The notes under the pieces were generated by a model. That model was not told the origin of the DNA, did no database searches, and worked only from the letters and a program-made list of their open reading frames with translations. From Caecitellus pseudoparvulus (lineage: Eukaryota > Protista > Bigyra: Bicosoecida), in assembly GCA_965644315.1 (NCBI GenBank), contig CBFFRQ010000013.1, positions 1-64,000 of the forward strand: a stretch of DNA of 64,000 nt. The letters run 5' to 3'. The translations under genes were made by a program, and so were the position numbers. Below, one piece after another: positions 1 to 7,668 of this stretch. The first letter of the stretch is position 1; the number at the start of each line of letters is the position of its first letter.

Positions 1-811
1 AAACATTATCAAATAATCCTAAACGTTCCGCATTATCTGGATGATAAATCACCGCTAAGAATTCATTTAATACCTCTTTATAATTTATTTTATGTTCTTC
101 TTTATGTTGTTGAATTTGTTTATAATCGTTTAGTATTTTAGAAGACCATTTGAAATGTGGAAAAATTGATATTAAATCATAAAAGAAACAATCCTTTTTT
201 TCAATTGATGATATATCCCATTTTTTACGTGGATATTTATATAACCATTCTATATTAAAATTTCTAGATAATGTTATTAATCCAAATTTCCATTTTATAT
301 TTTGACATTCATTAACCCAGCTTATATCAAAATTATCATTAAATAATAATTCGTTTTTGTTCCATTTCTCAGAATGAATAGAATTTATGATATTACTATT
401 TATAAAATTCAAATTTGAAAAATATTTAAAATCCCAATTTTTATCCGGGTATTCTTTGACGAATTCAAAATCTTCTTTATTTTTTATAAATTTTGATAAT
501 GAGAAATAATACCAGTCTTTATCCGGGCATTTTTTCACGAATTCAAAATCTTTTTTATTTTTTATTAGTTTTGATAATGAGAAATAACACCAGTCTTTAT
601 CGGGGTATTCTTTGACGAAGCTTAAATCTAAATCTTTTAATCCAGAAACGAAATCATAATTCCATTTCTCATTATGTGGGTCTTCTTTAATATCTTTCAT
701 ATCATATTTTATACAAACAATATTATATTTATTATTATATCTATCATAAAATACGTTGTTATTTTCTAAATTAGAAAATAAAGAACCTTGAAAAAAATTC
801 ATAAAATCCAT
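1..811 (-). CDS. Viral Trp-repeat protein (PDKxW-type repeats), 3' end at or beyond the window edge, >=270 aa
   Basis: Manual translation from the ATG at 811 is open to base 1: MDFMNFFQGSLFSNL...FVKEYPDKDWCYFSLSKLIKNKKDFEFVKKCPDKDWYYFSLSK...YPRKKWDISS...EVLNEFLAVIYHPDNAERLGLFDNV. Absent from the ORF track because no stop lies in the window. Confidence 0.85.
   Translation of the reverse strand, partial: MDFMNFFQGSLFSNLENNNVFYDRYNNKYNIVCIKYDMKDIKEDPHNEKWNYDFVSGLKDLDLSFVKEYPDKDWCYFSLSKLIKNKKDFEFVKKCPDKDWYYFSLSKFIKNKEDFEFVKEYPDKNWDFKYFSNLNFINSNIINSIHSEKWNKNELLFNDNFDISWVNECQNIKWKFGLITLSRNFNIEWLYKYPRKKWDISSIEKKDCFFYDLISIFPHFKWSSKILNDYKQIQQHKEEHKINYKEVLNEFLAVIYHPDNAERLGLFDNV
441..619. repeat. 78-bp tandem repeat (~2.3 copies) encoding 26-aa units within the Trp-repeat gene
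   Basis: TTATCC/GGGG-type anchor at 441, 519 and 597 (period 78); the copies are nearly identical. Confidence 0.9.
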
Positions 812-865
812 TATATATAATATACTAGATAAAATATTTTTTCTTTAAACATATTTTATTTAGAT
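812..865 (-). promoter_or_regulatory. Viral promoter motif with TCTA core upstream of the Trp-repeat gene
   Basis: Minus strand reads ATATGTTTAAAGAAAAAATATTTTATCTAGTATATTATATATA-ATG, with TCTA 14 nt before the ATG; nearly identical to 2880-2933. Confidence 0.75.
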
Positions 866-869
866 ATTT

Positions 870-1118
870 TTAATTTTCAAAAGCTTTCATTATCTTTAAG
901 TGTTTATGCTTTAATCCTCGGCAGTGTTTAGGGTAATTATAAAATTTAACATCTTTCTCGCAAATATCACACCTTATAACCCGGTTCATTTGTTTTAAAA
1001 TTCGGTCTTTGTTTTTTTCATAATATTTCTTATTATATTCTTTGACTTTTTCTGGTTCTTTTGATGGTGTAATTTTCTTTTCTCCTGATTCTGGTTTTAA
1101 AGAATTTTCAATATTCAT
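870..1118 (-). CDS. Small basic C2H2-type Zn-finger protein (viral)
   Basis: KEYNKKYYEKNKDRI helix followed by CDICEKDV...KHCRGLKH (C-x2-C...H-x5-H), a module common in Polinton/virophage/NCLDV small ORFs; has a TCTA promoter. Confidence 0.75.
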   Translation of the reverse strand: MNIENSLKPESGEKKITPSKEPEKVKEYNKKYYEKNKDRILKQMNRVIRCDICEKDVKFYNYPKHCRGLKHKHLKIMKAFEN

Positions 1119-1152
1119 TAATTGAATATAGAAAATTATTTTTCTTAAATAT
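1119..1152 (-). promoter_or_regulatory. Viral promoter motif with TCTA core upstream of the Zn-finger gene
   Basis: Minus strand reads TTTAAGAAAAATAATTTTCTATATTCAATTA-ATG, with TCTA 10 nt before the ATG. Confidence 0.65.
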
Positions 1153-1160
1153 TAAAAATC

Positions 1161-2879
1161 TTATATTGAAATTTTAAATAAATCTTGTGGTTCTGAATTC
1201 TTAGACATTTTATCCGCTGTCATACTACTTAAACTTTTATTTAATTTCTGGTGTTTATCTGATAAAGTTATTATCTCTTCTTCATCGTCGCTGTCTTCAT
1301 CTTCGCTGTCATCCTCGTATTTATCCTCTTCTTTTTTAATAATATTTAATTTTAACGCTCTTAATTCTTCCTTTAATTTTTTTAGTTCTTGTGCTTGTTC
1401 TATACATATTTTTTTATATTTTAACGCTTGAGATTTAAAATCTGGTTTTTGGTTATTTTCTGTTTCTTCTTCCTGAAAATCTAATTCTTCTTCGTCGTCC
1501 TCTTCTTCGTCTTCTTCTTCGTCTTCATATTCTGATTTGAAATTCCATTTATAATTTTCTGATATTTTCTTTAATTCATCAAATGAAATTTTATAAACAT
1601 TACGACCGTCTAATTTTTTATTATATTTTTTTATTCCCCAATGTTCTAATCTATCATAGAAAAAAACTGATGATTTACGTGATTTAGTATTTATAGTTTC
1701 TTTATATACCTTTTCATAATAGGTGGCATATTTTAAAAATAAATCTCTACATTTTATTTTTTCTATTCCTTTATTTTTGAATAAATACTTTTCTCTTATA
1801 AAAGATATATAAGGGTCAAAAGATTTTAAGTGAGCTTTAATTTTTGAATCAGTTATAGGCATTTTAAGTGGTTGAAAATCTGAAATATCAACACTATTAA
1901 AAAAATTAAATAATGCTTTTGAAAAATTTTCATTACGAACATAGTTCATATGAATATTTCCCCAGTATTCATTATCGCCTAATAAACTTGAGTCAATATC
2001 TAAAATAAAATATCTTCTGCCTTGGTCGTCTTTGATTGCATAATATTCATTTGATAAAGAAATAAAATTTGAAACATTCTTAATGTTTTCTAATGGGTTT
2101 TTATTTTTCTCTTCATAGTTTAAATATGGATTTGTGATATAATCTCTTAATCTTGCTGCTGCTGCTGCTTTTTGTCCTCTTGTTGTTCCTCCTGTGAGTT
2201 CTTCAAAGTATATGCAAACTTTAGCCATTAGTTCCATATTAAATTTTTCAATTAGTGGTTGAGATGATGAATTAATAACATTCTTAAGCCCTAGCATATC
2301 TTCAATAAATCTAATTAATGTAGATTTACCGCAACCTTCAGGACCTTTTAAAACTATCATAGACGTATTTTTATTACCTTGAACCATATTAGCTATCCAT
2401 TTAATTAAATAATTATAATTCTCCTCGTTTCCATTTGATAAGACACGTAAGAAATAATTTTTTAATAAATAATCAACTTTCTCTTTTAAATCGTCTGATG
2501 TTTGTTCATATGGTTCAGGTTTAAATTTGAGAGGTGGTAATAAATTAAATTCGTTTTCTTTTAATTCTTCGTGATGAAATTTAACAACTGCTTTTTTAAA
2601 TCCAATATATGAATTTTTGAACCAATATTTTAAAGGCTTAGGAAACACTTGTAATTTTTTATTAAAAATTTTATCAGATATAAATTTATCATTAACTATG
2701 TATTTTTCAGCATCTTCACATTTAAAAATGGTTTTAGATATGTAATCTTTACATTTTAATAATAAATCATCATCTGTTATATTCTTATTACGTGCTTTCT
2801 TAACTATGTCTTCTATTGCTTCTTCTTCATACATTTTAATAAGTTTATCAATTGCGAATTTTGGTTGTTGAATATCCAT
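1161..2879 (-). CDS. Superfamily 3 (D5-like/DUF5906-type) helicase, mavirus MV01-like
   Basis: Walker A GPEGCGKST, Walker B IYFEE, motif C NFISLSN, arginine finger DDQGRRYFILDI, acidic/coiled-coil tail. The true start is probably 2879 (MDIQQ), because the in-frame ATG at 2918 lies inside the promoter repeat. Confidence 0.9.
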   Translation of the reverse strand: MDIQQPKFAIDKLIKMYEEEAIEDIVKKARNKNITDDDLLLKCKDYISKTIFKCEDAEKYIVNDKFISDKIFNKKLQVFPKPLKYWFKNSYIGFKKAVVKFHHEELKENEFNLLPPLKFKPEPYEQTSDDLKEKVDYLLKNYFLRVLSNGNEENYNYLIKWIANMVQGNKNTSMIVLKGPEGCGKSTLIRFIEDMLGLKNVINSSSQPLIEKFNMELMAKVCIYFEELTGGTTRGQKAAAAARLRDYITNPYLNYEEKNKNPLENIKNVSNFISLSNEYYAIKDDQGRRYFILDIDSSLLGDNEYWGNIHMNYVRNENFSKALFNFFNSVDISDFQPLKMPITDSKIKAHLKSFDPYISFIREKYLFKNKGIEKIKCRDLFLKYATYYEKVYKETINTKSRKSSVFFYDRLEHWGIKKYNKKLDGRNVYKISFDELKKISENYKWNFKSEYEDEEEDEEEDDEEELDFQEEETENNQKPDFKSQALKYKKICIEQAQELKKLKEELRALKLNIIKKEEDKYEDDSEDEDSDDEEEIITLSDKHQKLNKSLSSMTADKMSKNSEPQDLFKISI

Positions 2880-2933
2880 TATATAATATACTAGATAAAA
2901 TATTTTTTCTTTAAACATATTTTTTTATTTTAG
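2880..2933 (-). promoter_or_regulatory. Viral promoter motif with TCTA core upstream of the helicase
   Basis: Minus strand reads ATATGTTTAAAGAAAAAATATTTTATCTAGTATATTATATA-ATG, with TCTA 12 nt before the ATG. Confidence 0.75.
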
Positions 2934-3374
2934 AAATTTTATTTTTCTAAAGATTTTTGAAATTTTCTTAGATATTTTATCCTAGATATATTTTTATGAT
3001 TTTCATATTTTATATTTTAAAATGTGAGAGAGTGTTTTTTATTATATATTCGCACACGCCCCACGCTATGTCTGATTTAGTGATTAAGTGTTAAGGGTTA
3101 TAATGGATTTAGTGTTAAATGATATATGAATAAGTGATTTAAAATGTATCTTTTTATTTTGTCATTTCGCCTCCTTTGATTGTTTCTAAAATAGGGTGTT
3201 TGGATGGATGGTTGATTGCTTCAATTTTGTTTTGACTGATTGTCAGATAAGGGCTAAGAATAGTCTCAGAAAATATATATATATATATATTTATTATATT
3301 TTTTATATTATTTCTATTTATTGTAGTGATAACCCTTAAGATAACACTTATAAAATAGTAGTAAAAAGTAAGTA

Positions 3375-3793
3375 AAAAATATAGTAAAGGGTTTATAAGT
3401 GATTGTTTTTATAGGGATAGTGTCTAATAAGTGTTATAGATATAGTATAAATATATCTAAGAATAATATTTATAGATATAGTCTAAAAATATAATATAAA
3501 AATATATCTGTTTTTAGTCGCAAACTGCGGCAGCAGTTGAGACATATCGCTCATAAATTCATTTATGGATTTATTGTCCCCCCCCAAAAATATACTCAAG
3601 GGTTTATAAGAGATTGTTTTTATAGGAGAAGTGTCTAATAAGTGTTATCTATATTATGAAATATATCTAAGAAATATATCTAAGAATAATATTTATAAAT
3701 ATATCTAAGCTCGTATCCGTAACCAGCCGCAAACTGCGTCAGCAGTTGAGGCATATCGCTCATAAATTCATTTATGAATTTATAGTCCCCCCC
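3375..3793. repeat. Two imperfect tandem ~210-bp units (3375-3585, 3586-3793) forming the element terminus (probable outer part of a TIR)
   Basis: Both units begin AAAAATATA..AAGGGTTTATAAG, share CGCAAACTGCG.CAGCAGTTGAG.CATATCGCTCATAAATTCATTTATG and end GT-C7/C8. Confidence 0.9.
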
Positions 3794-4325
3794 GGCTGGG
3801 CGACGCGCTGCAGGGCGGAAAGGGGGGCCCATCCCCCGCTGCAGGGGACCCGTTCGGTTTTGGCGCCGCGATGGCATCTGTGGCTGCCGCCACGCCCCCT
3901 GGCATCTCCCTCGTGCCGCCACAGCTGTCAAGCATCCCTGTGGCCGGCACGCCTCGGGGGTGCACACCCTCAGCGGACACGCCCCGGGCGGCCAGTGGAG
4001 CCGGCACAGCCCCCATGACAAGCGCCACCAGAGGCACCGCCAGCCGCCCCACACAGCTGTGCGCCAGGCACATGAGATCCCAGGGAGGGGGGGGCTCACC
4101 CTGGACTGGCTGGCACGCACCTGGCGCGCCATGCAGGGCAGCGGCGTCCCGCCCTCCCTCACCACCCTGGCCCTCATGCTGCGCTGCTTGACGCCCGCCA
4201 CTGGGGGGTCCCCTGCCGCAGCGGCGTACCTGCTGCACATGGGGCAGGCGGACGGCGTGGCGTTGGGCCCCGCCGTGCAGCTGGCCCTGGCGCAGAGCGC
4301 AACCAACATGCGGGTCAGCCTCTAG
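3794..4325 (+). pseudogene. 3' part of a host gene (PPR-like helical motif at the C-terminus) cut off by the viral insertion
   Basis: Coding-like frame from the junction (LGDALQGGKGGPSP...), then after an apparent frameshift in the G-run at ~4087-4094 LTLDWLARTWRAMQGSGVPPSLTTLALMLRCL...SL* (TAG 4323-4325). Confidence 0.5.
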
Positions 4326-5139
4326 TATCTACAGCCAACGCTGGCGTAGCAGCTGCGCAGCGTATGATGACCGAAGACTCTGGCAGTGGTGCTGCCGCTA
4401 GGTGGTGCGGGTTCAATACATGGCTCGAGAAGTGCACCCAAGCCGCAACAGGTGCAACTTGTTAACATCCGTTGAAAGGCTGAAATACTTGACGTGGGTT
4501 CAAGCAGCCGCTTTCTCAGGCACACGAGCTAAGCAAGTTACTTTACGACCGGACGACGAGTTCGCCAAATAGCCCGAGAGCCAGTCAGCCCGCGTAGCCA
4601 AGCCCAGCGCTCAAGTAGAAAGAAGCAGTTCCACTCGCAGGTAGAACGCACCAAACGACTATGCTATGACATCCTGACGGCCATTTTTGTGAAGGGAGCC
4701 AACCACTTACATTCCACGCTGAGCTTGGGTGTCTCGCCGTGAACATGCAAATTCCGCACCAAGGGTCCACGTGTTGAGACACACCTGCTGATGCTGAATC
4801 AGTTCTCAGCGATGTAAAACTCGGCATGCAGTATGAGTACACTCTGATGAATCGATTTGTATAAAAATAACGCGCATCTATTTTTGCACCCCAGTCCACG
4901 AACCGGTGGGGGTGGGTGAGGGGACACATCTGGAAAGGCACGCCTGCATTGTCAAGAATTCCACTCCCCCCCAGCACAGAAGACAATCAGTATGGCTCCT
5001 AGAGACCGATACTAGACATTTCGTTTAACTCAAGCACCCTCCAAGCCTCATTTTGAGGTTGCGTACTTGCACACTCAGCCTAGTAGCGTCTAGTACCCCT
5101 CTAGTACCCCTGCAAAGGATCGGTGACGGTGCTAAACCC

Positions 5140-7242
5140 TCACACCCACAACCACGATAAAGTCGCTCTCCAGAACCGAAGGCTACTGAGAACTGTCTGA
5201 CGGCGCCTGGCTGCCTGCAACGCTGCAGTCGTTGCTCGGTTGCACACACCTCCTTTCTCCAAAAACCAGTGCCCGTACTCAATGGCTCGGTCGACTTTCG
5301 CTTGCAAGCCCACGATCCAATTGAACTGAAGCACGACGACGCCCTCAGCGACGACATTGGCAAGGCCACCCTGAGCTGTGTTGTGGGATTTGTACCAGCT
5401 GCCTGATGGAAAGAAGGGTGGTGGAAAAATCGCCACGCTTCCATTCGAATCGAACAGCTTGAAAATTTGCTTCAACGTTCGTTGATCAATGTGCGAGCCA
5501 GCCTGGTGATCTGAGATGTTCTTGATCTTCCGAACCTCAGATTGCATCATGCTGTTCCACAACGAAAAGAGCGCTTTTGCTTCTGGCGTGGCATAGGTCA
5601 GGAAGAAGCCACCACCAATGTCACGAGCCCCTCCATCAACAAAGCCGACAAAGTCAAACGCTGGTAAACCTGCAGGCCGCCCCTCCTTTCGCTGCCGGTC
5701 CCATACTGTGCCAGACGCCAATGCGCGGTCAAGCCAAGAGTACGTATCTGCAGCCCACAGTGCATCCGTTTCAAACAGCAAGTATGGTATGCCTGAAAAA
5801 ACTAGATCTGCAAGCAGCTGTTGCCGTGCGATCATCATGAGGGTGTAGTGCACAGTGGCGTATCGCAGTGCGCCGGCCTGTTGCTCAGCACTTCGCACTG
5901 CGTCTGCGCCTGGCACGTGAGCTGTACGCAGGAACAAGTTGAGTCCAAGCACTGCTGAAACCCGGACAGCAATCGGTGATGTGCGCATCCGGAACAAACA
6001 TTCCTGGTCGGTGCACACCATCACGCTGCGCTCGTGCACGCCTGGCATGCCAGCTGTGTTGCATAGCCACGACAGCGTCATATCCACGAAAGCAGCATTG
6101 ATTATCGTCAGCCCAGCAAAACTATTCGCCCTTGTCGGCGCTGCCTTCGACAAGGCCACTTTCAGAGCATCCGTCTCGATGGTGCTCGCTGCGGCCTGCC
6201 ACGCTCCAGCGCTTGCCGGGCGGTCCAAGCGGAGGGGGTTTGCAGGAAACGATCCATACTCCGGGCGCCAAAAAGGAATCACTTCGTCCCCCCCCCCCTC
6301 CTTCGTCATAGTTGTCATCCACGTTAAATTCCCCCCCGGGTTGCTGTACACAGTCGACATGTCATGCACCTTGCAGAACTCGTTGAATGTGGAAACACCA
6401 TCGATCCCGTTGCTCCCATGCCCTGCCCCAGCCCAAGAGATATAGGCCTTCCATGTTGCTAAGAAGGTGGCCATGCCAGAAAACGACGTCAGCTTGTGAG
6501 CGATGGTGAGGCTTCCGAGTGTCAGGTCGGCATGTGCAGTCTTCGGTGCCTGGAGCAGGCTGAAGGAGCGCAGGTGCTGAGTCTGACGGTACTGGCCTGC
6601 GGCTCGCGCAAGCCACTGGGCCCAGTACCGTGATAAGGTTTCGACTCTGCTCAACACCACAATCAGAGAGTCTCCCCCTTCTTTCCCGGGCCCTGGACGT
6701 TGCGTTGCTTGAGACTTTGCCAACCTCAGTCTATCGCTGCACTCTGCAAGCCCTTGAGACTCGGACAGTTGGCCCTCCAGCAAGACCATAGCATGCGGTC
6801 CATGCCGCCATGTGAGACTATTCAGTGCCTGAAGGTCCTGGTGGGACAATGCGCTGGGTGCAGGTGCTCTGACACACAGCCCAAGGCTGACAGGTGGAAG
6901 ACCGTCATAGACAGATCCGTGCAGCAGCTCAACCGCGCGCATGACGTCAGCGAACACCCCATCAACAAGAACTATCGGGTTGACCATGTACGTATCGGAA
7001 GACCCGGCATCAACCAGCTCACTTGCCTGCTGATGAGGCTTTGGATAGGACCAGCCTCGGTCGGCTTGGTGCCCGTGCATTCCTCTTCCAGCTTGTGGTC
7101 CACTTGCGGACGAAAGTAATTGGCTCAAGATGCCAAACATGAGCAATGCACTGCCCATTATGCCTGCCAGTGCCGTTGAGGGGGCAATGCGAGGCATTCT
7201 TGCCACGGCTCCTGGCGGCGTTTCACAATGAAACACTGCCAT
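5140..7242 (-). CDS. Type II membrane nucleotide-diphospho-sugar transferase (GT77/Nucleotid_trans-like)
   Basis: N-terminal TM helix; C-terminal motifs FVDMTLSWLCN, LLFETDALW, IGGGFF, DQRTL, FPSGSWY, LQFNWIVGLQAK...HWFL. Confidence 0.8.
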   Translation of the reverse strand: MAVFHCETPPGAVARMPRIAPSTALAGIMGSALLMFGILSQLLSSASGPQAGRGMHGHQADRGWSYPKPHQQASELVDAGSSDTYMVNPIVLVDGVFADVMRAVELLHGSVYDGLPPVSLGLCVRAPAPSALSHQDLQALNSLTWRHGPHAMVLLEGQLSESQGLAECSDRLRLAKSQATQRPGPGKEGGDSLIVVLSRVETLSRYWAQWLARAAGQYRQTQHLRSFSLLQAPKTAHADLTLGSLTIAHKLTSFSGMATFLATWKAYISWAGAGHGSNGIDGVSTFNEFCKVHDMSTVYSNPGGNLTWMTTMTKEGGGDEVIPFWRPEYGSFPANPLRLDRPASAGAWQAAASTIETDALKVALSKAAPTRANSFAGLTIINAAFVDMTLSWLCNTAGMPGVHERSVMVCTDQECLFRMRTSPIAVRVSAVLGLNLFLRTAHVPGADAVRSAEQQAGALRYATVHYTLMMIARQQLLADLVFSGIPYLLFETDALWAADTYSWLDRALASGTVWDRQRKEGRPAGLPAFDFVGFVDGGARDIGGGFFLTYATPEAKALFSLWNSMMQSEVRKIKNISDHQAGSHIDQRTLKQIFKLFDSNGSVAIFPPPFFPSGSWYKSHNTAQGGLANVVAEGVVVLQFNWIVGLQAKVDRAIEYGHWFLEKGGVCNRATTAALQAARRRQTVLSSLRFWRATLSWLWV

Positions 7243-7668
7243 TGATGCATTCTCTAGCCTGGCAGCCTTGGCAAAGGGAATGATTAGTAAACAGCACGCA
7301 TATCGTACAACCCAAGCATCTCAGCTGGATAGAGGGTCTCATGTTCTGCAAAGTTGTGGTTTGGCCATGATGATGCTGTGGTTTATCAGTTTGTTTGGCG
7401 TTGGTCTGCAGCACCCCGAGCAGCTGGGTAAAGCAAGGACCAGGAAAACACGAAAGCCTTCTGGTACGAACCACGTGCATCAGAGCACCGTTTTGTTTGG
7501 CTCTCTATCCTCTGAAGAGTTGGTTTACGCTCGGTGCCGTGCCTTCAGCCGCCACGAGAGTCACAGCCTCAGAGATCAAGTTCCGGTCTGGTCTGCAGAC
7601 GCAAGCCTGCGCACGGCAACCTTGCATGTATGTAGGCGGAGAAGCGCTGTCTGGTTTCTCATTGTCCT

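Larger units (their letters stand above)
1..3793. mobile_element. One end of an endogenous DNA virus (mavirus-like virophage / Polinton-like virus); continues beyond the left edge of the window
   Basis: Very AT-rich intronless block with an abrupt switch to GC-rich host DNA at 3793/3794. It carries an SF3 helicase, Zn-finger and Trp-repeat genes co-oriented on the minus strand, shared TCTA promoter motifs, and a ~900-bp non-coding structured terminal region. Capsid and integrase genes are not in the window. Confidence 0.85.

Noticed and set aside
441-619. CRISPR-like array
   Set aside because: The repeats are contiguous 78-bp coding units with no unique spacers and no cas genes.
2880-2918. 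ORF-track helicase start at 2918
   Set aside because: The extra 13 codons coincide with the promoter cassette that is duplicated at 812-865.
3085-3400. Telomeric repeats (AAGGGTT-like words)
   Set aside because: Scattered single words, not a tandem telomere array.
1-3793. Organelle insertion (NUMT/NUPT) or bacterial contamination
   Set aside because: No organellar genes or Shine-Dalgarno pattern; the gene content and structured terminus fit a DNA virus.
3680-4309. ORFs spanning the virus-host junction (3680-4309 minus, 3746-4018 plus)
   Set aside because: They cross the compositional boundary, use non-ATG starts and show no motifs; chance open frames.
5079-5112. Short CTAGTACCCCT tandem duplication
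   Set aside because: Only two full 11-bp copies near a 3' end; no evidence of function.
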